From positions 372,001-436,000 of the forward strand of contig CDMY01000347.1 of assembly GCA_001179505.1 (NCBI GenBank): DNA of 64,000 bases, read 5' to 3'. Both the position numbers and the translations under genes were made by a program. The stretch is from Vitrella brassicaformis CCMP3155 (Eukaryota; Protista; Chromerida). The notes beneath the pieces are model-generated. The model saw nothing but the letters and a program-made list of their open reading frames with translations. It had not been told where the DNA came from and made no database searches. Of the stretch, positions 41,498-53,497 are shown in pieces. Numbering within the stretch: position 1 is the stretch's first letter; each line of letters starts with the position of its first letter.

Positions 41498-44400
41498 ATG
41501 GGCAGTTCAGATGTGGGCTGCGTTGGCCCCGCACGGCGGAGGAGGTCACTCGTCGACGACTGGGTAGCTGGGAGGGCCACTGAGGAGCACAGCACCGGAG
41601 GGAGCCATGCACCTACCGCAGGACGTGATCGATGCTCTCTGTTTGTGATGATGATGATGTTGTTGTTTGTGTCGGTGTAGTTCCGCAATGGTTGTCCTTC
41701 CCCCCTCCCTCCCTCTCCCATGTCGCCTGAACGCACTCAAGTGAGACGACTATGACCCGGGCACACACACGCACACGCACACACACACACGCTGTGGTGC
41801 GTTCATGCCTGTCGCTCTGTGTTCTTGTCTGTCTGTGGATCGCGCCACCATCGACCAGGCGCCAATGTCGCTCCCGAGTGCTCGGGTGAGACAGCAGAGC
41901 GAAGACACACGCACAACGAGCAGAGCAGCCAACGAGAGCACTACCACGGCACGGCAGACAACGCTTCGCTGTCTCTCTCTCTCCTGTCTGTGTTGCCTGT
42001 GGTGTGGTTACAGCGTCAGATGAGCCCCTTCGGCACCGACTGCCCCCGCCCGGTGGCGTCACGTTCTCACACTCAGGAGCCCGTCGATGGCGATGTCTGG
42101 TCTGGCGTTGGCAACTTCGAGGAGCATCTGCTGTGGGCCTTGATGCACCGGCGCGGCACGAGGCGGCTGCCGGGCTTTCGCCTGGACCTCAAAGTCAGAG
42201 AGGTGAGGAGGGAGAAAGGGAGAGAGGGAGGAAAAGCCATCCAGACACACGGAGGGAGGCACACAGGGAGGGAGCCATGTATGTGTTGGATGTGTGTGTG
42301 TTTCCGCACGCACAGCCTGGTGACCAGATCAAGACGGCCCTGTCGCGGAAGCTGCCCTTCGATGCGGTGCTGTATCGGGTGCCGGACCCCCCGCCCCTCC
42401 CCACGTCCCTCTCGTCGCCAGGCATCATCCCACACCCCTCACACCCGTCACTCGCCTCGCCGTGGAGCGACAGACCCACCCCTGCGGCCGACGCGGACCC
42501 CACCGCCATGTGGGCGTCGCAGGTGCCGTACCTGGCTGCTATAGACCTCACACAGGAGTGCAGCTTCCCCGGGCTCAAGATTCCCGCCAAAGGTGGGTGG
42601 GTTGGGTGAGAGAGAGAGCTTGGCGCGGATGGTTTGGTTGATGGATGGATGGATGGTTGTCTGTGTGTGTGCAGGCAGTGTGCAGCTGATACTGCAGAAC
42701 CCCGAGGGGACGCCTCTGCGGTGGTTTGTGGTCGACTACGACCTCACCGACATGCCAAAGGTGCGCACCGCAAGCCATCGGCAGGGCAGCCTGTGGGCAC
42801 TCTGATGCCTGTGGGCACTACTCTCTCTGTGTGTGTGTGTTTGGCTTGGCGGTCCTTGTTCAGGGCACCCACACTTTTGTGAGGCAACGAGTGATCGGTG
42901 AGAGAGAAAGGGGCACTCCACTGCCCTGCACCCACAAATGTAGTGTGCCTGCCACAAACGTTGTGCGTGTGTTCGTGTGTTCAGAGGACGGCCGTGAGTA
43001 CGCCTGCCAGCTGCACATTGTCTCGCCATCAACCAACCGGTAGGTACCATGGCCACTGCACTGCCACTAGGGGCCCATGCCATGTGGCATAGATATCAGT
43101 CAGTCCGTCTGTGTGTCTGTCTGTCTGTCTTTGTCAGATATTACATCTACGGCGTCCTCCGTCTGCTCTTCCACCTGCGCGTTGACAACGAACCCAACGA
43201 GCCGAGCTCAGACACCCCAAACATCCCCCGCGCCACCTCTCCCCCCTCCCACCCACTCCCCACACCAACAGCAGCAGCACCCGACTCGCCCCCGCCGGCG
43301 CGCAGACACCATCACCACCACCACCACCACCACCACAACCACCACCACCAGCACTATCCCACATCGCCGTTCAGGTCAAAACGCCCCGCGGCCATCAGAT
43401 TGCCGCCCGCGGCGGCAAAGAGCGGCGTGTGCGAGACTTCGGAGGGCGACACGAGCACCAACTGCTGCGCCGGCTATGACATAGAGCGGGTGGAGGACAG
43501 TGGGGGGAAGGGCAAGGGGGGCGTGTTCGTCGGCGGCAGCGGGACCCGCGTCAATCGTCGGGTCTTGTATGAGTACCCGACCACCAGGGGGGCTGGGGGA
43601 GGTGGTGGTGGGCGGTACTTGGCGATGCCGCGGCACGATGTGCGTGCGATGAAGCGGATGATCCTGGAGAAGCAGAAGAACAAGTGGGGCGGCAGCCACG
43701 CCAGCAGCACTTCCACCTCCACATCAGGTACCTGACGTGACTCCGGAAGGAAGATACACACACCAGACAGACGCCACACGAAGGAAGGGCCTCTCTGTTT
43801 CTGCCTTTCTGCCTGCCTGCCTGCAGCGGTGCCGTCATCTCCGTGTGAGACCTCGCCATTGTCGTCGTGGTCTCCTTCGCCATGCATCTCGCCCCCCGAG
43901 TCGCCAAGCTGGCCTCTCGACACATTCACCCTCCCCGGCCACGCACAGGCTGACACAGAGGGACCCGCCGCAGACGGCAAACGTAAGAAAAGACCTTCCT
44001 TCAACACAGACAGGGTGGACAGGGTGGATGCGGCTGTGCGTGTGTGGTGTCCCGTGGATCAGTGACGGATTTGTCCAGTCTGTGTGAGACCGACTCGGCC
44101 GACGGCGAGTCGCTGTGCTCACTCGGGCCGCCCTCCCCTCCCCTGTCCCTCTCATGTGCCGTCGATGCCGCCCTCTCACTGCCGGACGCGCAGATCCCGC
44201 CATTGCTGATCGACGGCGACACACAGGGGCAGGACAACGTGGTCATCACCATGACTGTCCAGCCCCACGTGCCCCTCCACCCCTTCGCCACGCCCCCTCC
44301 CTCCCGCCCCAATGACCCTCCCGCGGCCCTGGCAATGCGCGCCGAGTCAGAGGACAAAGTGGCCACCCGATGGTGTGGCGAGAAGGGGCGGATGGTGCGG

Positions 44401-44604
44401 CTGCAGAAGGGGCGGTCGAGGTCCTTCGAGGTCGAGACACCCCAGAGCAGCGGCGAGGGCCAGCAGGGACAGGGGAGAGGGCGGTCGGTGTGCAAAGGCA
44501 CTCAGTCGGTGTGTGAGAGCTGCACGGGGGGACTGCAGAAGACCATCATGGAGGTCACGCGGGAACTGCAGGAGGAGAGAGGACAGACAGACCGGCGGTC
44601 CTAG
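41498..44604 (+). CDS. ATOS: Atos/FAM214-like protein (DUF4210 plus Chromosome_seg-type domain)
   Basis: VGNFEEHLL, KLPFDAVLY, PYLAAIDL, IPAK|GSVQLILQNPEGTPLRWFVVDYDLTDMPK|GTHTFVRQR, YACQLHIV and YYIYGVLRLLF match the Atos conserved blocks. His-rich and low-complexity tail. Start uncertain. Confidence 0.85.
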
Positions 44605-45821
44605 ATAGATGCACTCACTGACTTAGCGTAAAGAAACTGCCTGTCGTGCGAGAGGACAGACCGGCGCTCCTCGGCGCCTATTTTTTGACAGACAGACGTG
44701 GATGGATGGATGGATGGATGGATGGAGATCAGACGGTTTTCCCGGGGCGGGGCGGGGTTGGGTGGGGCGGGTGTCTTCGCATGTGGGAGTGCGTCGATAT
44801 GGCAGCTGGCGAGACGTCGACATGAATTCGCGCGTGTGTGAGTGTGCGCATCGAGGAATATGGACCGACGATCCCCGTACGTGCGTGTGCCGGACTCTCG
44901 CTGCCCGATGGATGGCGGCTGTTCAAGTACACTTGACAGCAGCAGAACACGTGTCTGTTTGTAGTGTCTGGTTCAGTCAGCTTCGATCAGCACACGCTGG
45001 CACCACGTGTGCGTGAGAAATGAGCTCGGCCCTCGTCTGGTACTAGAGATGAGGCCGTGTGAAGTCAGAGCGAGTTGGTTGTGCAGTGTCTCAGCTGATC
45101 GATCATGCGGACGGACATCGGGACGCTCTCTGTGCGTGTGCGTATCTTTTTTGTAGTGTGAGGCCATGCATGTGCACACGTACACACACCAGGGGTGTCT
45201 GTCTGTCTCAAACAGAATCATTACAGTATCAATGACTCAAGGCCTCAATTGGCACGTGCAGTCCACACAGTCGACAAAGAGAGCGCAACATCCCCAGACG
45301 CACCCATGCCATCCATCCTGTCTGTCAACACACACAGCTTAATTGCCTTATGCGCTGCGCTGGTCTCTCCACTCCAGAAATTAATGGGAAAATCGACGTA
45401 CGGCAAAAATCCCCAACCAAGGTGCAGATGAAAAAGAGGTGCACGTCTCATGCACAGTTTCAGTGTCACAAGCATGCCCCACATGCATCACACTCCATGA
45501 AGCATGAAACTTACTCTCTGGCTCTACTGATGTTTCAGCATGCATATCAAGGCAACAGACAGAACAAGCATCCACAAGCAGAGAGGGAAGACATGGCCAC
45601 ACACATACATACTTACACACAACAAATATACATGTCCTGGGTATGGGACCCTGCATGACGGACGGCAAGTAAGGCCGCCACACGACGACAAACTCACTCA
45701 CTCGACAGCAAAAATCCGACTCACTAGAGGTAAAAACACACGTACGTAGACAGGGAGTGCATCCATCCTCCTACTACTGCATGGAGACCAGAGCGATCAC
45801 ATGCGCATGCACTCCACTCAG

Positions 45822-47372
45822 CTACGGCGCCATGAGCCCTTCCACGGCTTTCTGCAGGGCTTCAATCGGGCCCGGCGCTGCGTTGCTGCCACTGCTGCCC
45901 TGCTCCAGGCGAGAAATGCGCTCCAGTATGGCGTCATTGGCCTTCATCAGCTCTCCAATCGTCTCGTTCATGGCCTCATTGGCCGCCATCAGGTCCGCCT
46001 TGGCCCTCTTCAGGTCCTCAATCGTCTCGCTCTGGTCTTCATTGGCCTTGATGATGTCTTGTGTGACGCCCATTTGCGTGTAGAGCAGCTGTGTAAGGTC
46101 GATGGTCATCTCCTCAGCCGGAGCCTCGGCAGCGGCGGCATCTGTCGCCCCTTCGCCATTCCCTCCCTCCTCCTGCTCGTCATCATCAGCTTGACGCACG
46201 TGTGGCACGAACGTCTTCACAGCCGACGGGAAGATGTGCTGCACCTCAGCAGCGGCCAGGCCGAGCCGAGCGTCGCCGTCGGCGCGCACACGCAGCTGTC
46301 TGAAGGCCTCATAAGCCGCCGATCGGTCGCTGTCGCTCCATTCAGCCATGGAGGTCGGAAGCTGCTCGCTGTCGGCGCTGTGGATCTCGAACGCGCCTGC
46401 AACCGCCCGGCTGGTGATGACTCGAGATCCGCATTCGCACCTGTGAGCGTCCAGTGTTGGGGCGCGGAGTTCGTCTCGTGCAGTGACATCGTCAGCAGCT
46501 TGGACATCGTCATCGGACTGCACGTCCCTTTTTGCTACGACATCACCTTCGTTCACAACATACTCTTGGGGGTCGCCCGCCTGCACGCCTGAAAGATAAG
46601 CCATCTCAGGGAGCTCCAAAGAACACGTCTGGTCTGTGTAATGGAGCTTACGGCCGCCAATGACCCTTTCAAAGGCACGCACCACTGGTCCAGCGACTTC
46701 CGCACGGGCAATCACGTTCCCTTCCGACATGACGTGGGCACCTTTCGCCTCAATATTGAAACCGGCCACAATATTTCTCTCAGCAACGACATCGCCATGG
46801 TCCGCTGCTTGGTCAGGATCGCCCGCGATAAGGCCTGACCAAGCAGCGTGGAATAAGAGCTTCGTTCATTTGTCCGTTGAATTCGATCAGCTTACTGTCG
46901 AATGCCTTAACGTCGCCGATTGCCTCAACGTCGCCGAATGCCTTAATGTCGCGACCCCCAACGATGTCACCAGCCGCCCACATGCCGGCCTTCGCCGTCA
47001 CCATCCGGTCGGCGATGACATTCCCTTCAGCCACAATATCACCGTCGCCCACGAACGTATCGGGATTGCCCGCAACGATCTCTGCCAGCACAACCACCAC
47101 AAGCAAGTAGGTGCATCCAGCGGTGCGTCTGTCTTTCGTCCATTCCTCCGTTTGGCTCACTCTTGCAACCGCCGTCGTCCTGACGAATGCAAGCAGTCAC
47201 ACGTTTAGCCCACCCACATGGGTTCAGGCGTGCTCGTCCGGTGTGTTCACGTGTGTGCCGTTCCTCCGTCATCACTCACCTCTGGCTTCTCCGGGTCACA
47301 CACACTTTGTCCACGATGGACGGTGAAGGCGAGGCAGACACCGACGAGGAGGGCGAGGCGAGGAAAGGCCAT
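45822..47372 (-). CDS. Secreted phage tail-fibre-like protein: GDVxA repeats, degenerate S74 intramolecular chaperone and coiled coil; three exons
   Basis: Exon 1 MAFPRLALLVGVCLAFTVHRGQSVCDPEKPE|gtgagt. Exon 2 IVAGNPDTFVGDGDIVAEGNV…GDVEAIGDVKAFD. Intron 46835-46895 (GTAAG…TCAG). Exon 3 …GLAAAEVQHIFPSAV…MTIDLTQLLYTQMGVTQDIIKANEDQSETIEDLK. Confidence 0.75.
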
Positions 47373-47432
47373 TCTGTCGGAGAAAGGGATCGGCCGTTAG
47401 CGGCGTTAACGGCCAGATGTGCGCGTGAAGCG

Positions 47433-48444
47433 ATGATGAGAAGGGTGAAGGGTGACAGCTCGTGTTCCAAGGAATTGGCCCGATGAGATCCGCTACCTCG
47501 TCACGAGCGTCGCTGAAGATGACTCATGGGATGCCATACCCCGGCAACACATCCCTGCCTCCGATGGCCTGCAGGGGCTGCGCATCCAGGAGATAACGGA
47601 CGAGAGCCATCCGCTGGTGGGCGAGTAAGTGAGCGACGCACTCGATGGCCCATCGACGTGTGTCACTTTCGATGAAGGCTGTGCTGTGCGCTGCATGGTG
47701 CGGGGCGGTTGGTGTGTCTGCAGACGGTGCCTGGTCGCTGCGAGAAGGTCAACCAACTGCAATTAAGAGGAGAAGGAGAGCCACACAGGCTACTTGATCA
47801 TGGTTTCATGCGATGATTCCATTGTGTTGGGTTGGTTGCCTCCCTGCCTGTCTGTGTTCTCTTGCAGATGGGAGCCCTTTGAAGTGCTCGGCGAGTAGGT
47901 CTGACTGACGTCGATGGAGCAGTGGGTGGATGTGACGTGCTGCCCTGTCTGTCCCCCCGCCCTTTGTTGTGTTGTGTGCTGCAGGTACACGGGGTACCTG
48001 GTCCCGCCGTCACGCGATGGCCCATACGTCTGCAAAGTGAGCGGGTGGGCCGGCCACAGAGGGCCGACAGATAGAAGTGCTGCTGCTGATGACATGGATT
48101 TCTGTGCATTGGCCGCAGTTGGTGCAGGACGAGGCCGACTGGGAAGCTGTGTCGGTCGACGCATCCAAGTACGGCCGCTTGCTCATGCGCCCTCCTGTGG
48201 TCATCGGCATCCATGTGTGGTGTCCGTCAGGGCCGGGAACGAGCTCCGTTTTGTCAACGACTATCGCGGCATCGCGGAGCAGCCCAACGTCACGTTCAGC
48301 AGCTGCTTCATCGACGGGCTGCCGCGGACCCTGCTGGTGGTGACGAGGCCTGTGGCCTTCGGTGAGGAGTTCTTGGCCGATTATGGTCAATCGTATTGGG
48401 CGGCGAGGGGTGGTGGCTCAAAGGGGGGCGGGGCAGATGAGTGA
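47433..48444 (+). CDS. Small SET-domain protein
   Basis: Exons RNWPDEIRYL…ITDESHPLVGE, FEVLGE|YTGYL, VSVDASKYG and NELRFVNDYRGIAEQPNVTF…VVTRPVAFGEEFLADYGQSYW (RFxN and ELxxDY motifs). 5' end unresolved. Confidence 0.85.
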
Positions 48445-48688
48445 AGTGAATGGATGCGGCGAATGTATAGGACGTACAGTTAGCGATGGACGTGTGTGTA
48501 AAGGAAACAGATTGCTTGGCCTTCGTTTGGTGCATCTTGATTGACGGATTTCGCGAACAGCGTCAATAAGTCACATAAAGCATTCAAGGGGCTCTCTCTG
48601 ACATATGTGTAGCACAGTAGCATTATCACCATGTACCAGGGCTGAAGCTATGTACAATCACACGACCCCAATCTCATTCACCCCCCTG

Positions 48689-49954
48689 CTAGCTGATGTT
48701 GTGCTGTTGTACGGGTGGTGCGTCTGGGCCACTCCCCCCGTCGGGCACATCGACCAGAGCGACGACCGTGACGGCTTTGGTGTGTCCGGTGTAGTCGATG
48801 GCCGTCTGGCCCGTCTTAACCTCCCACAGCTTGGCCGTCGTGTCGGACGAACACGTCACCACATAGGCACTGTCGCTCGAGAAGATACCGCCCCACACCC
48901 ACCTGCAACGCAATGGACGGACGCATACGCACAGACACAGCCGGCCACGTGGCGGCCTGCCGTCACGCCGGCTGAATGTGTGACTTAAGTACCTGATGTG
49001 ACCGATGAGCGAGGTCTCCTTGGCGAAGCCGTCGACATGATAGCGCCACAGACAGGCATTGCCTGACACACAGACGAGAGGGAGTGAGCGACCATTCTCC
49101 CCTTCGCCGCCTCGTTGTGTGCGCCTCTCACTCACTGTCGGCCGATGTGGTAATCAGATACTGCGACTGAGGGCAGAACCTAATGCGCAGCACTGAACAC
49201 ACACACACCCAGACACACACACATTGACCTTAGACGTCGCTGCCTAGCCCCCTGCTGCCGTCCACCGTGTGCCACCATCCCATGCTGTCTGACCGTATGC
49301 GCTGTGGGCGTCGATTTTCTGCATGGGATCGAGAGTGTCTGGCAGGTACCGCCAGACAAACAGGGTGCCCTTGTGGTTGGCCGCGGCCGCCAGCCGCCCG
49401 TCGGCCGACAGCGCGACGGTCTTGATGGCCACGGCCTTGTCTGGCGCGAGCACCTGGCGGATGCGGTTGGCACTGAGGTCCCAGACCTGCACGCGGCCCT
49501 CCTGGTCGCCCAGCAGCACCTCTGCTTGGTTGGCATGCAGCGCCGCCCCGTGGACAGGCACCGGCGCGCCGGCCGTGGTGGCCATGGTGGCCGTGGAGGT
49601 GCTCTCGTTGTCGAGTGAGAGCTGGTAGCCGGTGCCGCGGCAGTCCCAGATCTTGACGCTGCTGTCCTCGCTGGACGAGAAGAACCAGCGGCCGGTCTTC
49701 TCGAACCCGACGCTCGTAACGTTGCTGGTGTGTCCGTCCATGGTGCTGACGGCCGTGTTGCTGGCGGATGCCAGGTCGAAGAGCTTCATGAGGGGGTTGC
49801 CGGCGCAGAGCACCTGGGTCTTGTCCGGGGTGACCTCCAGGCAGTTGATGTGTGAGTCATTGTAGGGGATGGTGCGGAAACACTGACCCAGGTGGGCATT
49901 CCAGTAGCGAAGGGTGTGGTCGTATCCGCCGGTTATCAGCAGAGGCAGATCCAT
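48689..49954 (-). CDS. LST8: TOR complex subunit LST8 (WD40), complete copy
   Basis: LITGGYDHTLRYW…CFRTIPYNDSHINCLEVTPDK…AGNPLMKLFD…GHTSNVTSVGF…SSSEDSSVKIWD…NQAEVL, then exons YVLRIRFCPQSQYLITTSAD and WVWGGIFSSDSAYVVTCSSDTTAKLW. Confidence 0.93.
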
Positions 49955-50050
49955 GAGTCGAATGAGTCTGTCAGCGGTGGCACCCGTCATAGATGCAGCC
50001 GCTTCGACAGCGAAATGTCGGCGTCATCGTTAGTATACCTCTTCGGTTCT

Positions 50051-50350
50051 NNNNNNNNNNNNNNNNNNNNNNNNNNNNNNNNNNNNNNNNNNNNNNNNNN
50101 NNNNNNNNNNNNNNNNNNNNNNNNNNNNNNNNNNNNNNNNNNNNNNNNNNNNNNNNNNNNNNNNNNNNNNNNNNNNNNNNNNNNNNNNNNNNNNNNNNNN
50201 NNNNNNNNNNNNNNNNNNNNNNNNNNNNNNNNNNNNNNNNNNNNNNNNNNNNNNNNNNNNNNNNNNNNNNNNNNNNNNNNNNNNNNNNNNNNNNNNNNNN
50301 NNNNNNNNNNNNNNNNNNNNNNNNNNNNNNNNNNNNNNNNNNNNNNNNNN
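50051..50350. other. Assembly gap (300 N) between two overlapping LST8 copies
   Basis: N run flanked by about 875 bp of near-identical sequence. Confidence 1.
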
Positions 50351-51129
50351 GAACCTAATGCGCAGCACTGAACACACACACACCCAGACACACACACATT
50401 GACCTTAGACGTCGCTGCCTAGCCCCCTGCTGCCGTCCACCGTGTGCCACCATCCCATGCTGTCTGACCGTATGCGCTGTGGGCGTCGATTTTCTGCATG
50501 GGATCGAGAGTGTCTGGCAGGTACCGCCAGACAAACAGGGTGCCCTTGTGGTTGGCCGCGGCCGCCAGCCGCCCGTCGGCCGACAGCGCGACGGTCTTGA
50601 TGGCCACGGCCTTGTCTGGCGCGAGCACCTGGCGGATGCGGTTGGCACTGAGGTCCCAGACCTGCACGCGGCCCTCCTGGTCGCCCAGCAGCACCTCTGC
50701 TTGGTTGGCATGCAGCGCCGCCCCGTGGACAGGCACCGGCGCGCCGGCCGTGGTGGCCATGGTGGCCGTGGAGGTGCTCTCGTTGTCGAGTGAGAGCTGG
50801 TAGCCGGTGCCGCGGCAGTCCCAGATCTTGACGCTGCTGTCCTCGCTGGACGAGAAGAACCAGCGGCCGGTCTTTTCCAACCCGACGCTCGTAACGTTGC
50901 TGGTGTGTCCGTCCATGGTGCTGACGGCCGTGTTGCTGGCGGATGCCAGGTCGAAGAGCTTCATGAGGGGGTTGCCGGCGCAGAGCACCTGGGTCTTGTC
51001 CGGGGTGACCTCCAGGCAGTTGATGTGTGAGTCATTGTAGGGGATGGTGCGGAAACACTGACCCAGGTGGGCATTCCAGTAGCGAAGGGTGTGGTCGTAT
51101 CCGCCGGTTATCAGCAGAGGCAGATCCAT
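50351..51129 (-). CDS. LST8: LST8 second copy (5' part, 3' end lost in gap); possibly an assembly duplicate
   Basis: 50351-51225 repeats 49177-50050 with only two visible substitutions (F to L at GFEK). Confidence 0.6.
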
Positions 51130-51351
51130 GAGTCGAATGAGTCTGTCAGCGGTGGCACCCGTCATAGATGCAGCCGCTTCGACAGCGAAATGTCGGCGTC
51201 ATCGTTAGTATACCTCTTCGGTTCTTCAGTATCCAATGAGGGAAGATAGGGACGATGCTGGTCAGGCAAAATTGCTCGACCCCTTCTTTTTGCCTGATCG
51301 GTTTAACGCAGTACCCCGCGCGCAACGGCCAACGGATTTTTTTTTTTGGCG

Positions 51352-53497
51352 ATGCCGGGGAGCTTGAAGGGCGAGGCCACAGCGCCCTCCAAGTGGTGGC
51401 TGCTGCAGGTCGTGGCCAACGCCACGTTCGGATCTTTTCAGGTGAGGCCAGCTCAATGAATGAGTGTGTGACACTCATTTGCTTGTCTGCTGCTCGATCT
51501 GGTCCTTGCCCCTTCTCAGTTTGGCTACAACCTGGCTGTCCTCAACACGTGTCTGAAGATGGTGGGCGGGGAGGGAGCAATAGAGTAGAAGCAGCTCACC
51601 ACATGTGTTTGTGTCGTTGCCGTTTTGTCTGTTCTTCTTCAGGTCGTGCTGCTGATGCGATGGTGCGGCGAAGACCAGCTGACAACAGGTAATTAAGTCG
51701 GTCACTCAACTACCAGAACTGCAAATGTGGGTGGGCAAATGTGTCGTCATTTGTCGTCAGAGTGCGATGCCGCCCGCAATCGTGACGGTGCCATCACCGT
51801 AGGGGTCTTCGTTGGCGCAGGTCAGAAGGGCACATACAGGAGCAGACAAGCGTGTATGCTTTCCTTGTTTCTGCAGCTGTGGGTTGCCTGCTGGGCGGCA
51901 AGTGGATGCACCGTGGCCGAAGGAGGACCCTGATGATGGCCCACCTCCTCTTCATTGTGGGGTCGTTGCTGTCAGCCGCGTCCGTCGACTTTGTGATGCT
52001 GCTGGTGTCCCGCGTCATTGTGGGTGTCGGTGTTGGCGTGGCGACCGTCGCTGTGCCCATGTACATATCTGAGGTCACCCCCGCCGAGAAACGGGGCGCT
52101 TACGGGTAGGGCAAGGGAGAGAGAGAGAGAGGGAGGGAGGGAAGTGGTCAATGCCTGGCTCTTCTCTGCCTGTGTGTGTGTCTGGCAGCACGATGAATCA
52201 GCTGCTGATCACTGTGGGCATCATGGTGGCCATCGTTCTCGGCAACGTCCAGCGCAACGATCCCCAGCACTGGCCATCGCCCGACACGGTCCCAACACGC
52301 GAGGCCATCTGGTGGCGCTTCATGCTCGGCTTCAGCGCCCTGCCCTCCATCGTCTCACTCTCCCTATTCCTCTTCGTGTTCCCCTTCGAGACGCCCCACT
52401 TCCTGGTGGAGGAGGGAAAGGCCGACCAGGCCCTGCCCATCCTCGAGAGAATGTACTGCACGTCGGGCGAGACCGATGCCGAGGCCCAGACCGCCCAGGC
52501 GAAGTTGGACGACATTCAGCGAAACGTGCAGGAGCGCAGAGCGTCCGAGAAGAGGACAGTAGGGCTGTTCAAGGCCTTCCGCGACCCTTGGTACCGTTAC
52601 GTCCTGCTGGTGGGTTGGGTGCTGTCCGCCTTTCAGCAGCTGAGCGGCATGAATGCCTTCATCGCAGCGTCTAATCACATCTTCGAGCAGGCGGGCTTCA
52701 CGGGCGGCCGGGCCACCCTGCTGTCGACGTGCATGGGCGTCATGAACGTCATCCTCACCCTGGTGACTGTCAAAGCCATCGACTGGGCGGGGAGGAGGAA
52801 GCTCATGCTGATCGGCACCCTTGGCCAGTTCGTCGCCACCGCCCCGACGGCCGTGGTGCTGCTGATCGGGTCGGGCGCCGTGAGTGAGGGCGTCATGATA
52901 TGGCTGCCAGTGGCCTCGGTGTTCGGCTACGTGGTGTTCTTCGCCATTGCGTACGGGCCGGTGCTGTGGGTGTATCTCAATGAGATATACCCGGTGGAGA
53001 TCAAGGGTCCTGCTGTGGGGAGTGCATCGGCACTCAACTGGGTGGCGTGTATTGCGGTGGTCTTCCTGACCAAAGTGCTCAACAACACACTCATCTTCTC
53101 CATCTCCTCATGTACATAAGCACACATACACACCGACCCACACGTGCCTCCATGATGCCATCCCTCTCTCTCCCCTCTGTGTGAGTCTGCAGGCTGCAGT
53201 CTCTTCGCGTGTGTGTTCGTCTTCGTGTTTATGTTGGAGACCAGCGGCGTCTCCATCGACGAGTCTCCCTACCTCAAGGGCCGCCCATCCGACTCCACTG
53301 CTGCCAGCAAGGCCAAGATCGACTCCCTCAGTGCCAAGCAGTCCACTGCCAAAAACATCCCAGCATCGGACGGCGACAGCATGCCCGCCCAGCCGTGTGG
53401 TGGGCTGGGCATTGCGCACCCCGACTCAGCCAGCAGCCGAGAGGGTGACTTGGTTGTACTGTCCTCATCCGTCGGTGTCTCGACGGGCGACTGCTAG
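51352..53497 (+). CDS. HT1: MFS sugar porter, hexose transporter of the apicomplexan HT1/GT1 type
   Basis: QFGYNLAVLNT, GRRRTL, SRVIVGVGVGVATVAVPMYISEVTPAEKRGAYG, NQLLITVGI, PFETP, FQQLSGMNAF, IDWAGRRKL, YGPVLWVYLNEIYPVEIKG, FMLETSG. Confidence 0.93.

Noticed and set aside
45822-47372. Prophage or endogenous virus around the tail-fibre-like gene
   Set aside because: No other viral genes, integrase or terminal repeats; the gene has a signal peptide and introns, and its neighbours are ordinary eukaryotic genes.
47187-47486. ORF MDGEGEADTDEE as the N-terminus of the SET protein
   Set aside because: It is antisense to exon 1 of the fibre gene and out of frame with the WPDEIRY exon, with no clear splice path.
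49304-49954. Long intronless LST8 exon as a sign of retroposition
   Set aside because: The gene keeps downstream introns, and similarly long exons occur in HT1 and GT31.
49177-51225. Tandem LST8 duplication (copies 1 and 2) as a real gene amplification
   Set aside because: About 875 bp of almost identical sequence directly flanks a fixed-size 300-N gap, the usual signature of unmerged overlapping contigs or haplotypes; needs long reads before it can be believed.
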